Shown: positions 1 to 9,551, numbered from the stretch's first letter. The stretch: 64,000 nucleotides of DNA from an uncultured Verrucomicrobiota bacterium (GCA_964402695.1 CAYODK010000001.1:12702-76701), one strand, 5' to 3'. Translations and numbers: made by a program. Notes: generated from the letters alone by a model not told the origin.

Positions 1-1122
1 CGCCAGCCCGCCCGCGTCGGCCGGCAGGTGCAACGAGCGCACCGCCGGCGGCGGGAAGGCCGGATCGACCAGGATGCCGTGCAGATCGGCGAGGTGCTCG
101 GACCCCAGGATGCGGTTCGCCCCGGCGCCGGCGGCGTGGACGCGGATGCGGTCGGCCGTGTGGTACGTCGAACTCCACGTCACGGTCGGCAGCACCCCGG
201 GGCCGTTGTCCGCCACGACCTGCAGCCCGCCCGTCTCGTGGTCGGCCGCGACGAGGATCAGCACGTCCTGCCGGCCGCCCGCCCACGCGACGGCGACGTC
301 GACCGCACGTTCGAACTCCAGCATCTCCCGGGTGCAGTACAGGATGGACTGCCCGTGGCAGGCCAGGTCGATCTTGCCGCCTTCGACCACCAGGAAGAAC
401 GGGGCGTCGTCCCGCCCGAGGAACTGCAGCGCGGCGTCGGTCATCTCCCGGAGGTGCGGCAGCGCGCCGTACCCGTCCACCTCGTAGGGCATGGTGGACG
501 TGCCGAAGATCCCCGCGAGCCGGGCCACCCCGGAGGTCGCCGCGGTGGCCATCGAGACGCGATCGGTGGCGACGGTGAACCCCGCGGTGGCGACCGCGTT
601 GGAATCCAGCAGGTAGCCGCCGCCCAGCAGGAGATCGGGACCGTTCGTGGCCAGGTAGTACGACGCGATGCCCCCGTAGTCGGCCCGCGTGTTCGCGTGG
701 GCGCCGAAGGCCGCCGGGGTGGCGTCGAGTAGATAGGAGGTCGTCACCAGCCCCGTCCGGCGGCCGCGGTCGCGGTAGAACTCGAGGGCCGTCGGCAGGT
801 CGGCGCCGTCGCCCGGAAGCGCCCGGCTGATGACCGAATTGAAGACCCGTCGCCCCGTCGCCATGGCCGTCGACGCCGCGGAGGAATCGGTGATGCCGCC
901 CTCCGCGGGTTCCGTGGCGATCACCGCCTCGAAGGGGAAGGCCTCGAAGTGGAGCGGCCGGCCGAGGAACGCGCGCGCGGCCGCCACCTGGCCCGTGCCC
1001 ATGCCGTCGCCGATGAACAGGACCACGACGGAGGGCGGTTCGGACGTCACGGCGGCGGCCACCGTTGCGCCGAGGCCCAGCGCAACCGCCACCGCCCGAT
1101 GGAGGACCGGCCTCATGGGGAT
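1..1122 (-). CDS. alkaline phosphatase (PhoA family); C-terminal end runs off the window start
   Basis: Absent from the ORF track because no stop falls inside the window; reverse-strand ATG at 1122 opens a frame that stays open to nt 1. Translation begins MRPVLHRAVAVALGLGATVAAAV (signal peptide) and contains VLFIGDGMG, DSSAASTAMATG, EGGKIDLACH and AADHETGG, the metal-ligand motifs of alkaline phosphatases. Confidence 0.8.
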   Translation of the reverse strand, partial: MPMRPVLHRAVAVALGLGATVAAAVTSEPPSVVVLFIGDGMGTGQVAAARAFLGRPLHFEAFPFEAVIATEPAEGGITDSSAASTAMATGRRVFNSVISRALPGDGADLPTALEFYRDRGRRTGLVTTSYLLDATPAAFGAHANTRADYGGIASYYLATNGPDLLLGGGYLLDSNAVATAGFTVATDRVSMATAATSGVARLAGIFGTSTMPYEVDGYGALPHLREMTDAALQFLGRDDAPFFLVVEGGKIDLACHGQSILYCTREMLEFERAVDVAVAWAGGRQDVLILVAADHETGGLQVVADNGPGVLPTVTWSSTYHTADRIRVHAAGAGANRILGSEHLADLHGILVDPAFPPPAVRSLHLPADAGGLA

Positions 1123-1125
1123 ACC

Positions 1126-1644
1126 CTACCGTATCGACCGGATTCCTTCGACAGTCGCGACCGATTGGATCCTCCACCCGTCGGGCGTCCGCCTCCAGCG
1201 CGTCTCGACCTCCTGGACCGCCGACTCGGGCAGGGCGCGGTGGGTGGCGGCGGCACGGGCGGTGAACCGGAGGGTCGCGGTCCCGCGATCCGGCGAGACG
1301 GTGATGGCCTCGTCGTGGAGGGTGATCCGCAGGTCGTCGAGCGCGCTCCGAATCTGGAAGACGGCCTGGCGAAGCTCGGTGCGGGATGCGACCGCGCCGA
1401 CTCCGGCCCGGTCGATCCGGACCTCGCAGTCCGCCAGGAACCAACCGGCCGCCCGCTCGGCGCGACGGGCGGACGCGACGGGCGATTCCGGCCCGGTCTT
1501 CTCCACGGCCGACACCAGGTCGGCCATCGCCGTTCGAATGCGCGACTCGTCGGATGGGACCAGAACCCACACCAGAACCCACACCACGGCGGCGGCTCCG
1601 GCCGCCAGGATGAACGCCCCCATGACCGTGCGCCGGTTCACCAT
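1126..1644 (-). CDS. hypothetical membrane-anchored protein (N-terminal TM helix, possible NTF2-like fold)
   Basis: An in-frame ATG (MVNRRTVMGAFILAAGAAAVVWVLVWVLV...) lies 7 nt upstream of the lepB stop, giving an ATGGTGA start/stop overlap; this is the C-terminal 173 aa of track ORF 1126..2343. It is followed 3 nt later by the phosphatase start. Confidence 0.5.
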   Translation of the reverse strand: MVNRRTVMGAFILAAGAAAVVWVLVWVLVPSDESRIRTAMADLVSAVEKTGPESPVASARRAERAAGWFLADCEVRIDRAGVGAVASRTELRQAVFQIRSALDDLRITLHDEAITVSPDRGTATLRFTARAAATHRALPESAVQEVETRWRRTPDGWRIQSVATVEGIRSIR

Positions 1645-2252
1645 GCCAGCCTCCCCTCGATGCGGTCGCGGGTCGTGACGCCCGCCATGTGCCGGGACAG
1701 CGGGGCGCTGCGGTTGTCGCCCGCCACCAGGTACTCGCCCGAGCCCAGGGGGATCGGCTCCGTCTGCCATGCCCCGGGCAGCCGGACATACGGCTCCGGG
1801 CGGCGCGTGCCGTCGATCCAGAGTTCGCCTGCCCGGAACTGCGCGGTCTCCCCGGGCACGGCAAGGATGCGCTTGAGATACATCACGCGCCGGCCGGCGA
1901 GGCGGACCATCACGACGTCGCCGACGCGGGGTTCGGCGAACGCGTAGGCGGTGAGCAGTCCGAAGCGGAAGGTGCCGTCGTGCACCGTCGGCTCCATGCT
2001 GATGCCGCTGACGCGAACCGGACGAAGGACGAGCCCGAAGACGACCAGGCAGGTGGCCGCCAGCACGGCGGTCCGGATCAGCGTCCGCCGGGGTCGGGCC
2101 CCGATGATCCATCTGGACCACGTTGTCACATCGCCACGATGCCCCCAACCGGCCCGCGCCGCAAGCAGTGCCGGGGACCGCGCGCCGGGGCGCGGGGAGG
2201 CGGGGGAACGCGCCGCGTGTGCGGGATTGGTCTGGCCCGGTCGACGGTCCAT
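1638..2252 (-). CDS. lepB: signal peptidase I
   Basis: Track ORF 1638..2252; contains a TM segment, the catalytic Ser box GISMEPT, KRILAVPGE and YLVAGDNRSAPLSR, all LepB signature boxes. The true start is probably internal to the ORF. Confidence 0.8.
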   Translation of the reverse strand: MDRRPGQTNPAHAARSPASPRPGARSPALLAARAGWGHRGDVTTWSRWIIGARPRRTLIRTAVLAATCLVVFGLVLRPVRVSGISMEPTVHDGTFRFGLLTAYAFAEPRVGDVVMVRLAGRRVMYLKRILAVPGETAQFRAGELWIDGTRRPEPYVRLPGAWQTEPIPLGSGEYLVAGDNRSAPLSRHMAGVTTRDRIEGRLAW

Positions 2253-2305
2253 GGTAAGATGAGGGGGGCCGTAGGAGCGGCCGCACAGGAGGACCGGGTC
2301 CGGCG

Positions 2306-2722
2306 ATGAAGAAAATCCTGATCGTGGACGATGACACGCTCATCGTGCGCCTTCTTCATCCGCACCTGAGGGCGGCCGGCTACGAGGTTCTTGCGGCGGC
2401 GGACGCCATCCAGGGCATCCAGTCGGCCATCAAGGACCGGCCGGATCTCATCCTCCTCGATCTCCAGATGCCGGCCGGAGGCGGCGCGGGCGTCTTCGAG
2501 GCCCTCCAGAAGAACATCCGCACGGCCCTCATCCCGATCATCTTCGTGACGGCCGTCGCGGATGGCGAGGTCCGGGAGGCGTGCCTTGCGTCCGGCGCGG
2601 CCGATTTCGTCACCAAGCCGGTCGAGCCCGCCGACCTCCTGGCCCGGATCCGGCGGATCCTCGGCGAAGCCGGACATGCGCCCCCGCAGGCCCCGGCCGG
2701 ACCGGGGGCCTCGGGGCTCTAG
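2306..2722 (+). CDS. stand-alone response regulator receiver (CheY-like) protein
   Basis: MKKILIVDDD...LILLDLQMP...DFVTKP: phospho-acceptor Asp and the conserved Lys are present; AGGAGG-like RBS (caggaggacc) sits 9 nt upstream. Confidence 0.85.
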   Translation: MKKILIVDDDTLIVRLLHPHLRAAGYEVLAAADAIQGIQSAIKDRPDLILLDLQMPAGGGAGVFEALQKNIRTALIPIIFVTAVADGEVREACLASGAADFVTKPVEPADLLARIRRILGEAGHAPPQAPAGPGASGL

Positions 2723-2782
2723 CCGGAACGATTCAGCTGGATCCCGGACGAGGACGGCACGGAAAGCGAATCGGTCCGGAAA

Positions 2783-2847
2783 AGGAAGGCAGAAGACTCC
2801 AAACTCCAAGGAAGTGGAAAGTCTGACGGAGAAGAAGGGAAGAAGGC
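2783..2847. repeat. solo (half) copy of the GAAACTCCAAACTCCAAGGAAGT MITE-like element arm
   Basis: ACTCCAAACTCCAAGGAAGTGG at ~2796-2817 plus GA-rich flank matches the left arm of the elements at 25351-25513 and 35751-35940. Confidence 0.6.
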
Positions 2848-2868
2848 CGGACGGCCTCCGTTTCGGGG

Positions 2869-2882
2869 TTCCAAGGGTTGGA
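2869..2882. promoter_or_regulatory. single TTCCAA-N3-TTGGA palindrome 35 nt upstream of the ychF-like gene
   Basis: ttccaagggttgga; same motif family as the tandem sites at 36014-36060 and 49640-49687. Confidence 0.35.
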
Positions 2883-2916
2883 CCCGGCCGGTATACTGCG
2901 CGGACGAGGCACATCC

Positions 2917-3981
2917 ATGGCACTGGCTCTCTACCTGATCGGAACGCCGCGATGCGGCAAGACGGCGGTCTTTGACGCGCTGACGAACACGCCGGCCGGC
3001 CCGAACTTCATGACCAAGGGCGGGCACCGCTACGGGACCGTCAAGGTCCCCGACACCCGGCTCGAGGCTCTCCGCGACCTCTTCAAGCCGAAGAAGTTCA
3101 CCCCGGCGGAGGTCACCTTCACCGACGTCGCCCCTCCGGGCGGCGAGGCGATCCACTTCGGCGACATGACCCCCGTGCTCGGCAATGCCGACGCGTTCGT
3201 CCTCGTCGTCCAGGCCTTTGGCGAGTTCGACTACGAGGGCAAGCCCCTCGACCCCGTCGCCCAGATGGAGTCGGTCATCCTCGAGATCACGGTGTCCGAC
3301 TTCGAACGCATCGAGAAGCGCATCGAGAAGGCCGTCACGGACAAGAAGCACGGCGGCAAGATGTCCGAACAGGAGATGAAGCTTCTCGAACGCTGCCGCG
3401 ACCATCTCGCGGCGGACAAGCCTCTCCGGACGATGGAGATGCGCGATGACGAGGAGAAGATCCTCCGCACCTACCAGTTCCTGTCGCAGAAGCCGCTGCT
3501 GGTCGTAGCGAACATCTCCGAGGACCGCATCCGCACCGGTGGCCTCGAGGCCCTCGACGCGGCGGCGAAGGAGCGCGGACTTGAGGTCCTGCAGTTCTGC
3601 GCGACGCTGGAGGCCGAGATCGCGACGCTCGATCCCGCCGCCCAGGTCGAGTTCCTCAAGGACTATGGCCTCGCCGAGCCCGCGCGCATCCGGCTCCTGC
3701 ACGCCGCCTACAAGGCCCTCCGGCTGATCAGCTTCTTCACCGTCGGCGAGGACGAGGTCCGGGCGTGGACGATCCACGAGGGCACCCACGCCCAGGCCGC
3801 CGCCGGCAAGATCCACACCGACATCGAGCGCGGCTTCATCCGCGCCGAGACCGTTCCCTCCGACGAACTGCTCCGCCAGGGCACCCTTGCGAAGTGCCGC
3901 GAACACGGCACGCTCCGCCTCGAGGGCAAGGAGTACATCGTCCGCGACGGCGAGGTCCTCCACTTCCGCTTCAGCGTGTGA
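2917..3981 (+). CDS. ychF: divergent YchF/Obg-like ATPase
   Basis: Track ORF 2878..3981; internal start MALALYLIGTPRCGKTAVFDALT (P-loop GxxxxGKT) and the C-terminal YchF/TGS signature GKIHTDIERGFIRAETV. The canonical NVGKST is replaced by RCGKTA. Confidence 0.7.
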   Translation: MALALYLIGTPRCGKTAVFDALTNTPAGPNFMTKGGHRYGTVKVPDTRLEALRDLFKPKKFTPAEVTFTDVAPPGGEAIHFGDMTPVLGNADAFVLVVQAFGEFDYEGKPLDPVAQMESVILEITVSDFERIEKRIEKAVTDKKHGGKMSEQEMKLLERCRDHLAADKPLRTMEMRDDEEKILRTYQFLSQKPLLVVANISEDRIRTGGLEALDAAAKERGLEVLQFCATLEAEIATLDPAAQVEFLKDYGLAEPARIRLLHAAYKALRLISFFTVGEDEVRAWTIHEGTHAQAAAGKIHTDIERGFIRAETVPSDELLRQGTLAKCREHGTLRLEGKEYIVRDGEVLHFRFSV

Positions 3982-4014
3982 TCCGGCACCCCGTCCCCGG
4001 TCGGCCGCGCGATG

Positions 4015-4049
4015 CAGGGGGACACACTTTATAAAGTCTGTCCCCCTGG
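4015..4049. terminator. bidirectional hairpin between the convergent ychF-like and RACo genes
   Basis: CAGGGGGACACA-ctttataaagt-CTGTCCCCCTGG forms a 10-11 bp GC-rich stem with an AT-rich loop. Confidence 0.55.
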
Positions 4050-4183
4050 TGGGCTCTTCCGGATCAGCGGGTCGATTCGAGCGAACCCCTGCCCGGGTCG
4101 GGCGCCCTGCCTGACAGGATGAGTCCGGCCGTTCCGAAACAGCTCGCCAGGAGCGCGCCCATGATGCGCGGTGTGATCCTCGA

Positions 4184-6100
4184 TCATCCCCGGGGAGGGG
4201 TCGCACGGGTGGACTGCCACATCTCCTGCGTTGCCGCCGCGAAGGCGGAGGGGTCGGCGTTGGGGAGGAGCATCGAGTCGATGTAGGCGGACTCGAACTC
4301 CGGGCGGAGGTTGAGTTCGACCGGTTCGGCGGCGCGGATAATGCGCTCGAACTCCGCGGCGGCGCCGGGGCCGCCGAGCGCGAGGACCGCGCCGGCGAGC
4401 GAGCCGTTGCCGATCACCTCGATCTTCCCGGCGGGCAGGTCGGGCAGCAGCCCCATCCACGCGGCGTGGCGCAGGTGAATGTAGCGTGCGAAGCCTCCGG
4501 CGAGGATCAGCGTGTCGAGATCCGCGACGGTGCGCCCGGCGGCGGCGAGCAGGGTCACGATGCCCGCGTGGATCGCGGCCTTGGCCTTCAGGATTTCGGC
4601 GACGTCCGCCTCGGAGACCGTCAGCGGGTGCCCGGCGGCGGTCGCCTCGGCGGGCACGACGCGGCAGGCGTGGATGTGCCGGCCTCGGTGGTCGACCCGC
4701 GCGTCGAGGCCGGCGGCGCGGAGCCGGTCCATGTCGAAGCGGCCGAGCGCGTCGAGGAGGCCGGACCGGAACGACTGGGCGACGAAGTCGACGATCGCCG
4801 ACCCGCAGAATCCGGCCGCCGGAGCGCCGCCGATCGTCGTCCATTCGGCCTCCGGCCCGTCCGTCCAGCGCACGTGGTCCACCGCGCCGTCGGCCGCGCG
4901 CATGCCGTGGCGCAGCCCCGCGCCCTCGAATGCCGGTCCCGCCGCAGTCGCCGCGCACAGGAGCCGGGCGCCGTCCCAGAGCAGGATTTCGCCGTTGGTG
5001 CCGATGTCGACCAGGGCCACGAGACCCTTGCGGTCGAGAAGCCGCGCCGCGCAGGCGTCCGCGACCAGGTCCCCGCCGACGTGCCCCGTCATCGAGGGCA
5101 GCACGTCGACGATCGCGTTCGGGTTCGCCGCGAGGCCCAGGTCGCGCGCGCGGCACTCCGGGTGGCGGCGGCGCACCGGCTGGAACGGCATCGCGCCGAT
5201 ACCCGCCGGGGTGAGCCCGAGAAACAGGTGCGCCATCACCGTGTTTCCGGCGGCGGTCACGCGAACGATCGCCTCCGGCGCGCAGCCGGCCTTCTCGCAC
5301 AGTTCGGCGGCCAGCCGGTTGATCGTGTCGCGCACGACGAGCGACTGCAGCTGGGCCAGCCCCCCGGGCGCCATGGAGACCGTGATCCGGGCGGCCACGT
5401 CGTCGCCCTTCCGCATCTGCGCGTTGTAGGCGGACGCGCGGCCGATCGCGGCGCCGGTGTCGAGATCGGCCAGCAGCGCGACGACGGTTGTGGTTCCGAT
5501 GTCGACGGCGAGCCCCAGGTGGCGGGTTGTCCCGGCCGGCGCGACCGCCGTAACGTCCACGCCCCCCCGGAACGGCCCCCATGAAACGTCCAGGCGGGGG
5601 GCTGCGGCCAGATGTCCCGGGAGTTCCCGCGCAACGTGGAGATCCGGAACCGCCCCCTCGGGACCCCCGGCCCCGGTGAGCGCGAGCGCGAGTCGTTCCA
5701 CGTCGGAGGAGGCGGTCTCCCAGGTGCCGCCGGAGACGGCGACCGTCGCGCGCCGCTGCACCGGTGTCCAGGCGAAGGCCGGAATCACGAAGTCGTCGGC
5801 GATGCTGGCCCGCTGCTCGACCAGCGACCGGTCCGGGATCTCCACCACGGCATCCGCGGAAGCGGGCCGCGTGCCGCAGGCCTGCGCCCGGCGCGGCGCG
5901 CCCGGCTCCACGCGCACCTCGGAGCCGCGGATGACAAACGCGCCCTCGTGGAGGATGACGGCGCAGCGGCCGCAGGCGCCGCGCGCGCCGCAGGCCGTGT
6001 TGAGCGGGATGCCGGCGGCGAACGCGAGATCCGCCAGCGTGGAACCGGGGGGGCCGTCCTGGATCCGGGTCTCGCCGCGGATCCGGAAGCGCACGCTCAT
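4184..6100 (-). CDS. corrinoid reductive activase (RACo-type: 2Fe-2S ferredoxin plus ASKHA ATPase domain)
   Basis: The N-terminus LNTACGARGACGRCAV is a plant-type ferredoxin Cys cluster. It is followed by a long ASKHA/DUF4445-like region (DIGTTTVV...VDIGTNGEI). It lies 22 nt downstream of a B12-binding protein gene on the same strand. Confidence 0.75.
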   Translation of the reverse strand: MSVRFRIRGETRIQDGPPGSTLADLAFAAGIPLNTACGARGACGRCAVILHEGAFVIRGSEVRVEPGAPRRAQACGTRPASADAVVEIPDRSLVEQRASIADDFVIPAFAWTPVQRRATVAVSGGTWETASSDVERLALALTGAGGPEGAVPDLHVARELPGHLAAAPRLDVSWGPFRGGVDVTAVAPAGTTRHLGLAVDIGTTTVVALLADLDTGAAIGRASAYNAQMRKGDDVAARITVSMAPGGLAQLQSLVVRDTINRLAAELCEKAGCAPEAIVRVTAAGNTVMAHLFLGLTPAGIGAMPFQPVRRRHPECRARDLGLAANPNAIVDVLPSMTGHVGGDLVADACAARLLDRKGLVALVDIGTNGEILLWDGARLLCAATAAGPAFEGAGLRHGMRAADGAVDHVRWTDGPEAEWTTIGGAPAAGFCGSAIVDFVAQSFRSGLLDALGRFDMDRLRAAGLDARVDHRGRHIHACRVVPAEATAAGHPLTVSEADVAEILKAKAAIHAGIVTLLAAAGRTVADLDTLILAGGFARYIHLRHAAWMGLLPDLPAGKIEVIGNGSLAGAVLALGGPGAAAEFERIIRAAEPVELNLRPEFESAYIDSMLLPNADPSAFAAATQEMWQSTRATPPRG

Positions 6101-6122
6101 GCGGGAATGACGGACGGCGCCG

Positions 6123-6752
6123 TCAGCCGGCGACGCCGAGGCACTTCTCGACGATGCCGACGGACGCGCCGGCGTCCTCGGCGTACCCGTGCGCGCCGAT
6201 CTCGTCGGCGTAGCCCTGCGTCACCGGCGCGCCGCCGATGATCACCTTCACGCCCGGCCGGGCCTTGAAGTGGTCGGCCACGGTCTTCATGTAGGGCATC
6301 GTCGTTGTCAGGAGCGCGCTCAGGAGCACCGCCTGGGCGCCGTCGTTGACGGCCTTCTCGAACTTCGCGACGTCGACGTTGACGCCCAGGTCGATGACCT
6401 TGAAGCCGGCGCCCTTGAGCATCATCGCGACGAGGTTCTTGCCGATGTCGTGCAGGTCGCCCTTCACCGTGCCGATGCAGATCGTGCCGAGGGGCTTGTG
6501 GCCGGCCTTGGCGACGAGCGGCTCCAGGATGTTCAGCCCCGCCTGCATCGCGCGCGCCCCGATCAGCATCTGCGGCACGTAGACCTCGTTGCGCGAGAAC
6601 CGCTCGCCGAGATCCCGCATGGCCGGGATCATCGACTCCATCAGGAGCTCGACGGGGTTGGCCCCCTTGGCGAGTTCCGACTGAACGATGTCCTCGACGT
6701 CCTTGCGCTGACCCGTGCTGACCGCCTTGAAGAGCGCCTCGTTCTTAGCCAT
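6123..6752 (-). CDS. B12-binding corrinoid protein (MtbC/MttC-like)
   Basis: DxHxxG motif in GDLHDIGKNLV; GFKVIDLG and SALLTTTMPYM form the B12-binding Rossmann fold; an N-terminal helical cap domain is also present. Confidence 0.8.
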   Translation of the reverse strand: MAKNEALFKAVSTGQRKDVEDIVQSELAKGANPVELLMESMIPAMRDLGERFSRNEVYVPQMLIGARAMQAGLNILEPLVAKAGHKPLGTICIGTVKGDLHDIGKNLVAMMLKGAGFKVIDLGVNVDVAKFEKAVNDGAQAVLLSALLTTTMPYMKTVADHFKARPGVKVIIGGAPVTQGYADEIGAHGYAEDAGASVGIVEKCLGVAG

Positions 6753-6777
6753 GACCGTCTCCTTTTCGGACTTCGTC

Positions 6778-7215
6778 CTACACCATGTCCCCGGGCTTCT
6801 CCACCGTGGTATCCTGCAGAATGTCGGTCATCCGGTCGAGGGCGGCCTGGATGGTGGCCATCTCCTCGCGGATCCGTTCGAAGCGGAGCGCATGGTCGAT
6901 CCGGAGCTTCTCGAGGTAGCGCTTCCGATCCAGCACCTCCTCCATGGTGACCTGGAGGCGCTCGACCTTCTCCTTGAGAATCTCCTCGGCGGAGGCATCG
7001 AGGCCGCCGGGGCCGACGAGCTCCGTGTCGGAGCCCGGCGGGCCGGACATGGTCTGCTCCTCCCGGGTGGGAACCTGCATGCGCTGGCCGCACTCGGTGC
7101 ATGTGACCACCAGCCCTGCGCCGCGTTCGTCGATGCAGAGGCTCTTCCCGCACTGCGGGCAGTCAAACAGGATGTCGCGTTCCGACACGTCGGTGGACGA
7201 GGCGTCATCGTTCAT
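6778..7215 (-). CDS. zinc-ribbon (CPxCG ... CxxCG) protein with coiled-coil C-terminus, hypothetical
   Basis: Real start MNDDASST... lies inside track ORF 6778..7773 and abuts the mvaD stop (7212-7214). Motifs FDCPQCGKSL...CTECGQ. Confidence 0.5.
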   Translation of the reverse strand: MNDDASSTDVSERDILFDCPQCGKSLCIDERGAGLVVTCTECGQRMQVPTREEQTMSGPPGSDTELVGPGGLDASAEEILKEKVERLQVTMEEVLDRKRYLEKLRIDHALRFERIREEMATIQAALDRMTDILQDTTVEKPGDMV

Positions 7216-8288
7216 GGTCCAGCCCTCTGATTCCGTGGCAAGGGTATCGCCGAACCTCCTGTCCCACAAGTCAAACCCGCCGGGTTCCGAAACGGATGCA
7301 GCACGCGGAGGCCGGGCACGGCCGCGCGGAGGGCCGCCTCCGAGCCGGACTCGAAGATCAGCTTGAGGTTGGGTCCGGCGTCCATGGTGAACCACACCGG
7401 GATGCCGTCCTCGCGCCATCGGGCCGCCTGGCGCATCGCGCGGACCGACTCCGGAAGCCAGTAGAGAACCGGCGGCCGCGCTGCAAGGGCGGTCGCGTGC
7501 ATCGCCATCGCGTTGCCTTCCGCCGCCGCCCCGAGGCGGGGCAGGTCGCGCGCGGCGATCGCGGACCGGACGTCCGCCAGATCCTGCTCCACGACGGCGG
7601 GCCACCCCGCGTACAGCGGCGACGACTCCACCGTGCGCCGCATGCCCTCGCGGGAGCCGGTCGCCTTCGGGGCGTCGCTCAGGACCCACAGGCCGATGCG
7701 CAGTTCCGGCCAGAGCGGGTCGAGCGGTACGCCGTGCGAATCGGAACCGTCGGGCGACGCCCCGGCGCGCCACTCGACGAAGCCGTCCCAGAGGGACCTG
7801 CAGGCGCTGCCGCTGCCCAGCCGGGCAAGAACCGACAGCCCCCTCGCGTCGAGGCTCCAGCCCAGCAGGCCGTCGAGGGCCCGCACGAGCGCGGCGAATC
7901 CCGAGGCGGACGAGGCCACGCCGGCCGCCGTGGGCACCGTGTTGGTGGATTCGACGGAGAAGCCCGGGCAGGCCGGGGTGCGGAAGAGGTCCAGAAACTG
8001 CGAGAGACGCACCGCGGCCGGGGCCGTCGGATCGACCGTCGCGCCGTTGAGGCGGAACGAGTCGCGGTCCGAGGCGCCCGCCGTGGTGCGGGTTCCGGCG
8101 TCGCCCAGCGACACCGAGAGGCTGCCTGTGACCGGCAGGTTCAGCTCCCCGTCGCGCTTGCCCCAGTACTTCACGAGCGCGATGTTGGCGGGCGCGAACG
8201 CGGTCGCCGGGGCGCCGGGGCGCGCGATGCGGCCCTGGAGGACGTCCCCGACGGCGGCGCGGCGGCGATCGGCACCGGAGGAACTCAT
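7212..8288 (-). CDS. mvaD: diphosphomevalonate decarboxylase
   Basis: C-terminal 358 aa of track ORF 7212..9131, starting MSSSGADRR...; signatures APANIALVKYWGKRD, GSLSVSL, ESTNTVPTAAGVASSASGFAALV and ARLGSGSACRS. Confidence 0.8.
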   Translation of the reverse strand: MSSSGADRRRAAVGDVLQGRIARPGAPATAFAPANIALVKYWGKRDGELNLPVTGSLSVSLGDAGTRTTAGASDRDSFRLNGATVDPTAPAAVRLSQFLDLFRTPACPGFSVESTNTVPTAAGVASSASGFAALVRALDGLLGWSLDARGLSVLARLGSGSACRSLWDGFVEWRAGASPDGSDSHGVPLDPLWPELRIGLWVLSDAPKATGSREGMRRTVESSPLYAGWPAVVEQDLADVRSAIAARDLPRLGAAAEGNAMAMHATALAARPPVLYWLPESVRAMRQAARWREDGIPVWFTMDAGPNLKLIFESGSEAALRAAVPGLRVLHPFRNPAGLTCGTGGSAIPLPRNQRAGP

Positions 8289-9208
8289 GCGCCGGTCTCC
8301 ACCACGAGGCCCTCGGCCCCGACCGCGACGCCGATCTCCCTCATCGCGGGATCGAGCCGCGCCGGCCGGCCGAGCGCGACGACACAGTCGCCCAGACCCG
8401 AGCCGGAGATCTTCGCGCCGAGCACCGCCGGATCCGCCCGCAGGGCGTGGACGAGGCCCGCGAGCGTCGCGTCGCTCACGCCGATCGCATCCATCAACCC
8501 CTGCGCGACGTTCATCAACGCGCCCACGCGCGTCCAGTTGGCCTGCTCGACCGCCGCCGTCGCCTCCTCCGCGACGCGGTTCATCGCCTCGTAGACGGCG
8601 TTGAAGACGGCCGGCATGGCGGCCCGCGAGGTCTCGACGCGGCGGATGACCTCGGGCGTCGGCGTCTTGTACCCCGCGTAGACCAGCGTCACCGGCGGCG
8701 CCTGCGCGATGCGGCGGATCGCGAGCGGGTCGGCGCGGTAGGCGACGACGCCTCCGAACGCGCTCGCCGCGGCGTCGGCGCCCGAACCCGCGCCCTGCAC
8801 ACCGCGGATCACGTCGCGCGCGATCCGCACGAGCGCCTCGCGGGACGGAGTCCGCCCGGCGTATGCCGCGAACGCCGCGAGGGAGGCGACCGTCACGGCG
8901 GCCGACGAGCCAAGGCCGACGGTCGGCGGGAACTCGGACTCGATCCGCAGGTCGAACCCGCCCGGGAGCGCCGCCGCCTCGCGCGCCAGCGAGGCCAGGA
9001 CGAAGCGGAAGGGCTCGGACGGTGCGGGCGCGTCCAGCGTCGTCTCGTGCCGTCCGAGCGCCGATTCGATCGTGACGATCCGGTCCGTCCGCGGCGCGAG
9101 CGTCGCCGTCAGCCGCGCCGACGCGGCGCACACCAGCGCCCGCTTGCCGTGCAGCACCGCGTGCTCGCCGAACAGCATGAACGACCCCGGAGCCGATGCG
9201 CGTATCAT
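8285..9208 (-). CDS. mvk: mevalonate kinase (GHMP kinase)
   Basis: Internal start MIRASAPGSFMLFGEHAVLHGKRAL (MVK N-terminal motif); GHMP motif PPTVGLGSSAAVTVA; its stop abuts the mvaD ATG. Confidence 0.75.
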   Translation of the reverse strand: MIRASAPGSFMLFGEHAVLHGKRALVCAASARLTATLAPRTDRIVTIESALGRHETTLDAPAPSEPFRFVLASLAREAAALPGGFDLRIESEFPPTVGLGSSAAVTVASLAAFAAYAGRTPSREALVRIARDVIRGVQGAGSGADAAASAFGGVVAYRADPLAIRRIAQAPPVTLVYAGYKTPTPEVIRRVETSRAAMPAVFNAVYEAMNRVAEEATAAVEQANWTRVGALMNVAQGLMDAIGVSDATLAGLVHALRADPAVLGAKISGSGLGDCVVALGRPARLDPAMREIGVAVGAEGLVVETGA

Positions 9209-9551
9209 GCGGGTCTTATACCACGCACGCCCTTCCTCCGCATCTTCCCTCGCCCCGCCCAGATCCTCGCCAAGCCGGATGTGCGCGGAAGGAATAGGCA
9301 TGAAGTACGCATGGTTACGGCCGCGACGGAGCGCGGCCCTCCAGTGCTCATCCAATCAACATGCGAGAGGACGGCTTTGGAGGGCGCCGCGGTGCCTGCC
9401 CTGCATAGCGTCTTCGCGAAGCAGGGTCGGCGCCGTGCAACAGACCCGCGGAGCAACGTTCGCCACCAATCACCGGGGCTTCGCCGAGGATTTGAGGCCC
9501 GGCTTCCGGGTTGCGCGCGCGATGCGGGGAGTGCATCGTCCCTTCCAGCGG

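Noticed and set aside
4029-5582. 517-aa and 372-aa ORFs overlapping the RACo gene
   Set aside because: They are alternate or antisense frames of the ferredoxin-ASKHA activase gene and are extremely Arg/Gly/Pro rich.
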